A stretch of 64,000 nt of DNA from Salpingoeca rosetta (lineage: Eukaryota > Protista > Choanoflagellata). The DNA lies in NCBI GenBank assembly GCA_033442325.1, contig JAWQFM010000003.1:1270473-1334472 (forward strand), given 5' to 3'. Both the position numbers and the translations under genes were made by a program. A model generated the notes under the pieces. It saw only the letters and a list, made by a program, of their open reading frames with translations, made no database searches and was not told where the DNA came from. This document shows positions 32,282 through 43,596 of this stretch, piece after piece; within the stretch, counting starts at the first letter, position 1; each line of letters starts with the position of its first letter.

Positions 32282-32942
32282 ATGGTGAGAGCAGTGGCTG
32301 GCTTGTGTGGACGGGTGGATGTGGAGGGTGAGTGGAGCAGAGCGGCTTCGTCGTGGAGGCTTTGTTCCTCTCCCCCACCTACCCGCCCCGCTACTGCCAA
32401 ACTCACACATGATGAACACGGGTTTCCTGGTTGCCTGGTTGCCACGGCTGTTGTACTAGATTCAATTTGTGCTGATGTTCAGCCGGCAGGGCAAGCTGCG
32501 CATGCAGAAGTGGTACGGGGCGGCATCACAAGTAAGTCTACTCTGAGCTGGCGCAGACGCGCATTCAGCTCTGCCGCTTGGTGTTGGTGTGGGTGGGTGT
32601 CTGGGGTCTGGCGTACTTCGGCCTCTTCCGTTTTGCACCAACATGTTGTTTGCTCGCATGTATGCTTTCAGTGGCCATCTTGTGTGTTTGCATTTGCAAT
32701 GGTACAATGCTCGTTCTTTTCACTGCTCGTGGTGATGGTGACACCGTGTGCTCGCTTTATTGCGTGTCTTGTTCTTCGCAGAAAGAGAAGAAGAAGGTCA
32801 CACGTGAGCTCATCACGCTCATCTTGGCGAGGAAGACAAAGATGTCAAACTTCCTCGAGTGGAAGGACATGAAAATCGTGTACAAAAGGTGCGTACGTGT
32901 GTGTGTGTCGCTGTGTCGCTGTGTGTGTGTGTGTGTGTGTCG

Positions 32943-33037
<95 letters not shown>

Positions 33038-33897
33038 ACTGTTGACAACAATACCGCAGCACGCGACCGTTCAAGCTGAAAAAGGCAGGCAAGCACTGAC
33101 GACACACACTGTCTCTCGATTCACACGTTGCTCGCGATTGCGATACTTCCCCCGCCCGCGGCTGTGTGTGCGCTCCAGATATGCCAGTTTGTACTTTGCG
33201 TTTGCAGTGGGCAACGACGACAACGAGTTGATGGCGCTTGAGCTGATCCATCGCTATGTCGAGCTCCTGGACAAATACTTTGGCAGCGTAAGTTGCGGTG
33301 TTGAGAACGCAAGCTCATGGTCTGCCTTGCGGTGTTGTCTTGTCTTGGTTGTTGACACGGTCATGGATCTTGCTGTGGGGCAAGGCGTGCGCACTCACTG
33401 CGGGTGTTCTTGTTTTGTCTCGGCCTGGGGCGGGCTGTCGGTTCAATGGCCGATGCATATGCAGGTGTGCGAACTGGATATCATCTTCAACTTTGACAAG
33501 GCAAGTCCCGCCGTGGTGGTGGTGTTGAGTGATGGGCGTGTTGGTGGTCATTGATGCGTTGAACACGTGTGCATCTGTGCTTGCAGTCCAGTTGTTGTTG
33601 CCGTACGTAGAATGACTCTTGCCACATCAATGCCGCACGCCCACACATGCAACACCCATGCAACACGCGAGCACACACGTGTACACACACGCAGAGACAC
33701 GTGCGTGTTCCATGCCCTAACCCTCAATCATGGCGTGCTTCTTGCAGGCATACTACATCCTGGACGAGCTGCTGCTTGGCGGGGAGGTACAGGAATCAAG
33801 CAAAAAGGCGGTACTCCGGGCGGTGACGAGCCACGACATCTTGGAGGAGCACGGCGAGGCCGGTCGCGCTGCCCTTGAGGACATTGGCGTGCTCTGA
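32282..33897 (+). CDS. AP1S: AP-1 complex sigma subunit, 6 exons; first coding exon is only the ATG
   Basis: M | [19 protein letters not shown].. | [36 protein letters not shown] | YASLYF...[17 protein letters not shown] | [12 protein letters not shown] | [20 protein letters not shown]...GVL* (TGA 33895-33897). Confidence 0.95.
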
Positions 33898-34301
33898 TGC
33901 GGCCGTTTGCTTTCATGGCGCTGGTGGTGGTGGTGGTGTGCTCGTGCTTCTGTGTGTGTGGGTTGATACTGAGTGGCGTGTTGTGTTGTTTGCGCCACTG
34001 ATTGTGCGATTTGATGTGTGCGTGTTTTTTTTTCTTTTGTAGTTTGTTGTGGAACATAGTCCCTTCTCCTTCTCGTCATCGTTGTTGCTGTTGGGTCATG
34101 TTGCGCTCGAGCACCTTGTCTTCGTGTGCTTGTCCGAGGTACCCTGTATCCCTCCTTCTTTGCTTCCCTTGTGTTTCACTTTTGTGTTTCACTGGTTCTT
34201 CTTTTTCCGTCTCTTGCGGTTGACAATACAGCCCTGTTATTCCCAAACCACCGGGCATGGTTGTCATTGGTAATCTTTACGGACCCAACCACCACGGGCT
34301 G

Positions 34302-35048
<747 letters not shown>

Positions 35049-35148
35049 NNNNNNNNNNNNNNNNNNNNNNNNNNNNNNNNNNNNNNNNNNNNNNNNNNNN
35101 NNNNNNNNNNNNNNNNNNNNNNNNNNNNNNNNNNNNNNNNNNNNNNNN
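35049..35148. other. Assembly gap (100 N)
   Basis: Run of n. Confidence 1.
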
Positions 35149-35224
35149 ACGTGCTGCACATGCACCCACTCATTCAGTTAACATCATCATCACCACCACC
35201 ATCATCATCATCATCATCACCACC

Positions 35225-35324
<100 letters not shown>

Positions 35325-35360
35325 GCGGCGGCAGCAGCAGCAGCAGCAGCAGTCGTCGTA

Positions 35361-35480
35361 TCACCGCGCTGCTGTTGTCAGCAGCTCAACAGCCGCCTGT
35401 CCACGTCAGGCAGCATCATGGTGATGGTGAGGCAGAAGAGTGAGCCGCAACGCACAACAGCAACCCAAGCACATGTCACA

Positions 35481-35513
<33 letters not shown>

Positions 35514-36540
35514 GCACGCACACGCACACGCACGCACATAACAAAAACAGCTGAGCAATGGCGCAGTGCTCGCCAGCCAACCTGGAGGTCGTTGCCTGTC
35601 TGTGTGAGCGCCCAGCGTGCAGACTCCTGCGGAAACCCCATGGCCACGAGGGCAGCAATGTTGTCCTGTGTTGGCGGTCGCTGCCGCCGCTGCCGCCCGC
35701 CCGCACCAAGCAGCTGCTCAGCATACCGCGCCTGGTGTCACGTTTGAAAGGGGAGAGGGCGTGGTGGAAGCGGGGTATGGTTGCGATGGATGAGCATGCG
35801 ATGAGTATGGGTTGAGGTATCGTGCTTCAAGGAGTTGTTATGGCTGTTGCGAGTACAGACATACAAAGCAATACACACACACACACACATCAACACACAC
35901 ACATCAACACACACACACACACACACATAAACACATTATACACACACATCAACACACACACACACACATATAAACCAATGATACACACACACATGTCCTA
36001 CATACCCCAGCGCCGCTGGTCTGACGGACGCGTCCCGGCTGCTGCTGCTGATGACGCGGGCGCCACTCCTCCTGATGTCGAAGAGGAGTAGTGAGATCAT
36101 CTTCTTCATTCAGAAACACTGCTGTCGGGGGAGTCATCTGCTTGCTTGCTTGCNNNNNNNNNNNNNNNNNNNNNNNNNNNNNNNNNNNNNNNNNNNNNNN
36201 NNNNNNNNNNNNNNNNNNNNNNNNNNNNNNNNNNNNNNNNNNNNNNNNNNNNNGGTGAAAGCGTCCTGCGGAAGAGCACCACCCGCCAAGAGGAGGTGGA
36301 CCAAGCTGGCGGGAACCCATACGTGCTCGCTGAATCGAACGCCAAACAGCGAAACATCCACGCCAGAGGGCACGTACTGCAGATACAACAGGCCAAGCGC
36401 CGCCACAACAGCAATGGGGCCTGTACAAGTACGCACACAAACAGGGTTGGAGTGGACGATGGGTGAGATACAGGGTGCGTGGTAAGTCTCCACCATTTCA
36501 ACACACAGCAACGAAAACGGCGCAAGCTCGAGCAACCACG

Positions 36541-36572
<32 letters not shown>

Positions 36573-37624
36573 TGCAAACCTGTGGATGCTGCGGTGAACG
36601 CGGCCGTTTTTAGGACGTGCACAAGTGATAGCAACAAGAGTACGGCAGCCTGTGCAGGGGTGCAGGGGTAGGTGGCATGAGGTCCGTGAGACGGTCATTG
36701 TGTTGCAGCGAGCATGTACCTCAGCGTAGGGGTCAAGAGGCACATGGAGACACCATCACCGAGCACCGAGCACATTGCCACGTTGCCCTTGTATCAGCAT
36801 GTGCAGCCCGTGACGTACCCCATACTTGCGGCTACCCAAGTAGCGCTCCAACTGCCGGAAAGCAAGCAGGCATACGCTGCCAATCAACAAGCTTGGGTAA
36901 GACGGGTATGCTAAGCTGCTCACCTATCCAGCCGCGTGTGCGTGTGTGCGTGTGTGTGCGTGAGCGTGTGTGCGTGTGTGCGTGTGTGTGTATGTGTGTG
37001 AGCGACCTTGTAAAGCTCGAACATTGCATCGTGAGGCCGCAGACGCTCGTCCTACCGTTTGCACGCCAAGCCACATTCAGTGCCACACAACACACCACAC
37101 CACAACACACCACACCACACCACACCACAGCACAACACAACACAACACAACACAACACAACACAACACAACACAACACAACACAACACAACACAACACAA
37201 CACAACACAACACAAACATCATCAAACAGACATAAACAACACCGTCAGGCTACGCACGGGAAACGATTGACACAGGTGCTGTGAGGCTGCGCCACCAACG
37301 CGCGACAAGCACAGCCACGTCGACAGGCCTGACGAGGCCAACAGGACCTGGAAGGCATATCGGGAACAGGGATTGCGGAGCCAATCACACCCAGCAAAGA
37401 TGTGATGCGATGTGGGGTGATGGCGTGACAATGATGATGTTGGGGGAGAAGAACAAAACTAAGGCAGGAGAAACGAGACAGGCTCAAGACATGATGAGGA
37501 AGCCTAGCTGATACAAACGCACACACGCACGGTGCAAGCAGCACCAGCGCAGTACCATGTCAACAACCACAAAAGCACGTACCTTCGTCAAGGTGCACCC
37601 TTGAAACGCAGCCAGCCCGAACAT
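35361..37624 (-). CDS. UBAC2: UBAC2-like protein (rhomboid-like membrane domain plus C-terminal UBA), multi-exon, spans gap 36154-36253
   Basis: MFGLAAFQGCTLTK; LIGSVCLLAFRQLERYLGSRKYG (cf. UBAC2 FR.FERR.GSRKF); GPIAVVAALGLLYLQYVP; UBA domain NIAALVAMGFPQESARWALTQTGNDLQ | AAVELL. Confidence 0.8.
36154..36253. other. Assembly gap (100 N)
   Basis: Run of n. Confidence 1.
37087..37214 (+). repeat. (CAACA)n/(CACCA)n pentanucleotide repeat in a UBAC2 intron
   Basis: Seen directly. Confidence 0.9.
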
Positions 37625-37932
37625 TCCCACGGGCCTCAGCTGTTGGTGGTTGCTCGGTCGGTTGGGGTGGTTGTCATCGGCTGTCGGCGTTGTTGGCTGG
37701 TCAACTGTTTACGACAGCATTTAATTCACTGGCCGCATCTGCTGCACAACAACAAGCAAGCAACAAGCAAGCAACAAGCAACAAACACTGATCGATCGCC
37801 ACACCCCCTCCTCCTCCTGCCCTCTCTCTCTCTCTCCCTCTCTCACGCACACTTACGTGACACTCTCAGCTTCGTTTGTGGATGGGGCGCCGACGGTCTG
37901 GGTTAGGCCGAGTTCGAGATTTACGAAGCAAC

Positions 37933-40900
37933 ATGGAGTTGGAGCCACTCAACACCAACAACGGGGGTTCCTCCACAACCACCTGGATGGAAGATCCGCC
38001 TGGGTTTTCGGACGACGGCGATGACATGACACGCAGCAGCAGCAGCGGAAGCGCAGAGCAGTACGTGCCGGCCAAGAAGCAGTTGACGGAGCACACAAAG
38101 CCAGTGCACGCGCTCGAGTTTGCCTCTGACGGCCGCACCATCATCAGCGCGAGCGCAGACACCCTGGCCAAGATCTGGGACCTGCCATCCGGCAAGTGCC
38201 TGCACACGCTCACGGGCCACACGGATGCCGTCACCTGCGCAGCCATCAGCCAAAACGTCAAGTTTGCAGTGACCGGCAGCAAGGACGGCACGGCCCGCGT
38301 GTGGAACGTGGAAACGGGCGCGTGTGAGACCGTCATCAAGCAGGCGAACACCGCCGGTCGCGCCGTGCTCTCCATCAACATCACCCCGGACGCGAAGCAC
38401 GTCATCTTGGGCTCCAACACGGGCACGGTCAGCATCCACGAGCGGCAGGGCGGCGCCCTCGTCGCCAAGCTGGAGGGCCACGCGGAGGCCGTGCTTGGGA
38501 TTGCCGTCTCGCCAAACGGTGCCTTCATCATCAGCAGCAGCGAGGACAAGACCATCCGCGTGTGGGACGCAGACACCACCGTGTGCCTGCGAAAGATGAC
38601 GGGCCACGGTGGCAGCGTCAACGCCGTCGTCGTCAGCCCAGACGGCCAGTTCATCGTCAGCGGCAGCAAGGACGAGACCATCAAGGTGTGGAGCCTGGCC
38701 ACGGGCGACTGCCTGCGCTCCATGAAGGGCCACGTCGACGACATCTACGACGTTGCCATCACCCACGACGGCCTCTTTGTCGTCAGCGCCAGCAACGACG
38801 ACACCGTGCGCGTGTGGAGCTTCCACACCGGCGCCTGCCTGCAGGTTCTGCGCGGGCACACGGACGTGGTCCTCAGCGTGGCCGTCAGCCCCGGTGGCTG
38901 GCACATTGTCAGCGGCGGCGGCACCAAGCTGCACCTCAAGGACACGTCCGTGCGCGTGTGGAGCCTGGCCACGGGGGCGCGCCAGCGGGTGTTGCACGGG
39001 CACACGGCAAGCGTCAAGGCCGTCGCCGTCAGCCAGCGCTCAGACCTCGTTGTCTCCGCCAGCAACGATGGCACGGCAAAGGTGTGGGACCTGGCCACGG
39101 GCGCGTGTGTGCACACGTTTGACGGTCACACGGACTACGTGCGCGGGGTTGCGCTCAGCCCCGACGACAGCTTCACGGTGACGGGCAGCTGCGACACGAC
39201 GGTGCGCGTGTGGGACAACGCCACGGGCGCCTGCATCAAGGTGCTTGAGGGCCACACGTTCACCGTGGCGGCGCTCGCCGTCGCCGCAAACAGCAAGACC
39301 ATCGCCAGCGGCGGCTGGGACAGCACCATCAAGCTGTGGTCGTGGCCGGACGGTGCATGCACGCACACGCTGCAGGGCCACGGTGGCAAGATCCTGGCCC
39401 TGTCGCTGGGGCCAACGCCTACCACGCTCCTCAGCGCAAGCGAGGACTGCACCGTGAAAATGTGGGAGATGAACACGGGCCGCTGCTCCCTTACGCTCGA
39501 GGGCCACACGGACGCCGTGAACGGGGCCGTGGCCACACCGGACGGCAAGTTCGTGGTGAGCGGCAGCGACGACGGCAGCCTGGTGCTGTGGGACCTGGAC
39601 ATGGGTGGCGCCCCCGTGCGCAAGCTGCTCGGGCACGCGGGCCGCGTGTACTCCGTGGACGTGAGCCGTGACGGCAAGTACCTGCTCAGCGGGTCCTGGG
39701 ACAAGACAGCGAAGGTGTGGGATCTGCAGAGCGGCGAGTGCCTGCGCACGTTTGGGGAGCATGGCGACCGTGTGCGCTGCGGCGTGCTGAAGGGCAGCGA
39801 CGTGGTGGTGCTTGCGGTCGGCAGCAAGGCCCGGTGCGCCACGCTCAACCTGTGCTTCGACTACCCGACCGTCGCCTACAACAAGGAGGCCAACATGGAC
39901 GGCTTCCTCACAGACACGGACCAGCACGTGGACGCGTACTCGCTCAGCTTCGTGCAGCCGCTGCTGGCCGAGGGCGCCAGGCAGGGCCGCGTGGACAACA
40001 TTGCGTCGCTCACGGACCGCAACCCGCCCATTGCCATCGACTTTCGCTCCCTGCTCAGCGCCGCGCTGGACTCGCACGCGGAGGACGCGGTGCGACTGGT
40101 GGTGGACCTCATCATCCAGGCCATCCGCCACACGCTGCGTGGCGAGCCGGGCCTGTTCTGGTCGCCCGAGGTCAACCACAGCATCCACATTGAGCTTGCG
40201 CGGCTGGTGCAGCGGTTCCCGTCGCTGGTGGAGGTGCTCATGACCTCGTGCCCGCTCGTGCCCTCCAGCGCAGCCGCCATCTCCTTCTTCTCCGTGTCGG
40301 AGTTTGTGGGCAGCGAGCAGGACAACGCCGGCTACATGGAGTTTTGCCCCTGCGACTACCTCGACTACCCAGCCTGGTCTCGCATGCAGGCGAAGGAGAG
40401 CACGACGCGCGTGGAGCTCCGACCCGTTCTTCCGCGCCCGCCAACGGCGCTGCGGCGCAAGAAGACGGTGACGCGCAATAGCCTGACCACGCCCCCGCTG
40501 CTGGACCCGGACGATGCTGGGCACCAGCAGGCCATGACCACCGTGGAGAACCTCGTGCTCCCCTTTCCCGATTTGGCAGGCAGCGAGGCGTGCGGCGTGG
40601 ACTTCCTGCACGAGCTGCTGCGCACGGGCCGGTCGGACACGTTTGCCGGCATTGTGCCGCAGATGCTGGTGGAGTACCGCTGGCGCTGCTTTGGGCAACG
40701 CATCCACTTGCGCAACCTCCTCGTGTACATGGTCGCCCTGGCCCTGTTTGTCACCATGGGGTTCCTGGGCCAGTACCTGGAGGGCACCTCTGTAACCGAC
40801 TTCAACGAGGGCCGGCGAGACGAGGCCAAGCCCGCAGCCATTGTCGTGGGCGCGTGTCTGCTCGCCGTGACCACATACCACGCGGTGCGCGAGATTCGCC

Positions 40901-41787
40901 AGGCGTGGATGGAGCGCGCTGGGCTGTACTACCTCAAGTCTGTGTGGAACTGGCTGGACATGCTTCGCATCATCATGTCGTACGTGGGGGTGATTGCGCT
41001 CTTTGTGGACGCGCACAAGACCTCCCGCTTCTTCTTTGCCATCGGCAGCTACGTGTTCTGGTTTGGCATCCTGTTCTTCCTGCAGGCCTTCTCCTCCACA
41101 GGCCCGCTGGTGCGCATGGTGATTGAGATTATGGTTGGCATGCGCTGGTTCCTGCTCGTGCTGGGCATTGCGCTGCTCGCCACCGCCAACGTGTTTGTGC
41201 TGCTGGTGGAGGAGACGCCGGCACCAAACGGGTACGAGGACGTGGCCGACGTGCTGCTGACCATGTTCCGGCTACTTATGCTGTCGGACCTTGAGCTGCT
41301 CAACTTCTCCGCGGGCTCGTACACCATCCCGCTGAAGCTGGTGTGGGTGCTCACCATGATCCTCGTGCCGATTGTGCTGCTGAACCTGCTGATTGCCCTG
41401 ATGAGTGACAGCTACGAGCTCATCCAGGACAAGGCCGTGGTGGAGTTCCAGCGCCTGCGCGCACAGATTATCCGCGAGCAGGAGATTTTCTTCGACAGGA
41501 GCGCGTTCCAGCGCAAGGACTGGTATCCGCGCTTCCTGCACGTGCTCCTGCCGCGCGGCCGCAACACCGGCGGCGCAGACTCGTCGCAGTGGCAGGGCGT
41601 GCTGCACGCACTCCGCGGGGACATGCACGAGCTGGCGACGACAACCAATGAGCGCATTGATGCCACGGAGGCGAAGGTGGACCGCTTGCTTGAGAAGGTG
41701 AACAGCGCCAACGAGAGGCTGACGCAGCAGCTCAACGACATCCGTCTTCTTCTCCACAGGCCCAGCACCCGCGCCCCGAGGACGTGA
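37933..41787 (+). CDS. Intronless WD40-repeat / TRP-type cation channel fusion (~1,284 aa): 14 WD40 repeats, helical linker, six TM helices with pore, TRP-like helix, coiled coil
   Basis: One ORF from MELEPLN. GH...W[DS] repeats at ~38083-39850. Pre-S1 QMLVEYRWRCFG; S3 WNWLDMLRII; S4-S5 linker LQAFSSTGPLVRMVIEIMVGMRWFLLV; pore LLTMFRLLMLSD; S6 IVLLNLLIALMSDSY; post-S6 helix EFQRLRAQII; coiled coil ~41625-41755. A short upstream in-frame extension is possible. Confidence 0.93.
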   Translation: MELEPLNTNNGGSSTTTWMEDPPGFSDDGDDMTRSSSSGSAEQYVPAKKQLTEHTKPVHALEFASDGRTIISASADTLAKIWDLPSGKCLHTLTGHTDAVTCAAISQNVKFAVTGSKDGTARVWNVETGACETVIKQANTAGRAVLSINITPDAKHVILGSNTGTVSIHERQGGALVAKLEGHAEAVLGIAVSPNGAFIISSSEDKTIRVWDADTTVCLRKMTGHGGSVNAVVVSPDGQFIVSGSKDETIKVWSLATGDCLRSMKGHVDDIYDVAITHDGLFVVSASNDDTVRVWSFHTGACLQVLRGHTDVVLSVAVSPGGWHIVSGGGTKLHLKDTSVRVWSLATGARQRVLHGHTASVKAVAVSQRSDLVVSASNDGTAKVWDLATGACVHTFDGHTDYVRGVALSPDDSFTVTGSCDTTVRVWDNATGACIKVLEGHTFTVAALAVAANSKTIASGGWDSTIKLWSWPDGACTHTLQGHGGKILALSLGPTPTTLLSASEDCTVKMWEMNTGRCSLTLEGHTDAVNGAVATPDGKFVVSGSDDGSLVLWDLDMGGAPVRKLLGHAGRVYSVDVSRDGKYLLSGSWDKTAKVWDLQSGECLRTFGEHGDRVRCGVLKGSDVVVLAVGSKARCATLNLCFDYPTVAYNKEANMDGFLTDTDQHVDAYSLSFVQPLLAEGARQGRVDNIASLTDRNPPIAIDFRSLLSAALDSHAEDAVRLVVDLIIQAIRHTLRGEPGLFWSPEVNHSIHIELARLVQRFPSLVEVLMTSCPLVPSSAAAISFFSVSEFVGSEQDNAGYMEFCPCDYLDYPAWSRMQAKESTTRVELRPVLPRPPTALRRKKTVTRNSLTTPPLLDPDDAGHQQAMTTVENLVLPFPDLAGSEACGVDFLHELLRTGRSDTFAGIVPQMLVEYRWRCFGQRIHLRNLLVYMVALALFVTMGFLGQYLEGTSVTDFNEGRRDEAKPAAIVVGACLLAVTTYHAVREIRQAWMERAGLYYLKSVWNWLDMLRIIMSYVGVIALFVDAHKTSRFFFAIGSYVFWFGILFFLQAFSSTGPLVRMVIEIMVGMRWFLLVLGIALLATANVFVLLVEETPAPNGYEDVADVLLTMFRLLMLSDLELLNFSAGSYTIPLKLVWVLTMILVPIVLLNLLIALMSDSYELIQDKAVVEFQRLRAQIIREQEIFFDRSAFQRKDWYPRFLHVLLPRGRNTGGADSSQWQGVLHALRGDMHELATTTNERIDATEAKVDRLLEKVNSANERLTQQLNDIRLLLHRPSTRAPRT

Positions 41788-41910
41788 GACGATGATGGTG
41801 GATGGGTCGATCGATGGTTGGATCGATGGATCGCGTGCATCTGTATTTTTGTTTTGAAATGGACTTGCTTGTTTCTTTCCAGAGTCGCGATTCTTGTTTA
41901 TTTTGTCTCT

Positions 41911-41941
<31 letters not shown>

Positions 41942-42048
41942 AGGAGAGAGACTGCGTGTGTGTGTGTGTGTGTGTGTGAGGGAGGAGAGAGACTGTGTGT
42001 GTGTGTGTGTGTTTGTGTGCATGCTTCGTTTTGCTGTGTGTATTTGTT

Positions 42049-42343
42049 TCAGAGTGGCACTTTTTTCTCAAACGCGTGGTTTTTGGGATATTGGTCTCTT
42101 ATTCTGTTCAGTTGTGCCAGGGCAGTAAAACGCTGCCAACGCATGCATGACGCATGAAGACGATACCGCGAGTGATATGATGTGTGATGTGTGTGTGTGT
42201 TGTGCCAAGTGTGTTGTTGACTGGAATTCACACACGCACGAGCATGAGGTGTGTGATGAAGAGCACACCACAGGCACCAAACAGCAATAAATAGAGCGGT
42301 TCCCCAAGAAACTCAATCTGGTACGCAATTGCCAACCACAAAC

Positions 42344-42416
<73 letters not shown>

Positions 42417-43498
42417 CTCATATGGATGTGTGTGTGTGTGTGTGTGTGTGTGTATGGCTCATGTGGAACGTCATATTCCACTGACAAAGGGGGCACAAAG
42501 GCAACAGACACAATGGCACAGGCGAGTCGATGGAACATGCATGCGGACCTGTGCTGCAAACCAGGCGACGATGGTGGAAAGAGCGACGCGGCGAATCACC
42601 AGACACAGGAACGGGAGGAACCAGAGAAAGTACTGCACACAACACACGCGAGCACAAGATAGCCGACACGCAGTCAGTTGCCATGGTCGCAAGCAAGGAA
42701 TAAGGAACAGGGAACAAAGGGATTCATGGTAGAGTTGTGGGCGGGCTGTCGTTGTTGAATGAATAACAACAACAGCAAAGACATCATCGCAACAGCAGTG
42801 TCGTGTCCAACCCACCTGGGAGGTGAACACTTTGTTGAAGGCAACAAACAGCACAGTCTACATGGCACAAACAAGACGCAACAGACAGGGAAGCGCGTGA
42901 GAGTTTTAAAACGCGTAGATGAACCGGGCAAGAGAGTTTTGGTCATGTGCTGCATCTCGTCACAGACAATGGTGTGCACGCGCCTGCAAACATTGTCGTA
43001 AAATGCATGCAAGCACAAGAACAAACACGCCGTCTGATATGAACAGACACAAACACGCAGTCGCAGGTGCAAACAAACACGCAGTCGCAGGTGCAAACAA
43101 ACACGCAGTCACAAGTGCATACAAACACACGCACACGCATGCGCGCACACGAACTTGGACGTAGGCGCAGAGGACAATGTCTCGTGAAAAGCGCAGGGCT
43201 GTGGAGAGTTGTACAATGGCCTGTGGAAGAAACGTGCTCAGGCGCTGCCACAATGACAGCTGTGTTGCCGTGTTTGCTTGGAGATAAAGGGCATAGAAGT
43301 ACACGGAGAAGTTGTGGCGGATATCGCCGCGCGAGAAATGATACAAGTACGCCTCGTGCAAGAACTCAAAGCCGTACCTGTGGCAGGGCCAACCACATGA
43401 AGAGCCAACGTTGCACAGGAGAGCGGAGCGGTGAGTGGTCGACCTCAATGCCGGCACACACACACACACACATATCCACACACGCGCGCACACACATA

Positions 43499-43531
<33 letters not shown>

Positions 43532-43559
43532 GCACACACACACACACGCACACACACAC

Positions 43560-43596
<37 letters not shown>

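Noticed and set aside
39040-41016. 658-aa antisense ORF (and 37921-39003) overlapping the WD40-TRP gene
   Set aside because: Shadow ORF expected from high third-position GC on the coding strand; no recognisable motifs.
43045-43125. About 24-bp unit repeated three times (also 27-bp x2 near 5075-5130 and 12-bp x5 near 56530-56590); considered CRISPR-like
   Set aside because: Head-to-tail intronic minisatellites with no unique spacers and no cas genes, in a eukaryotic context.
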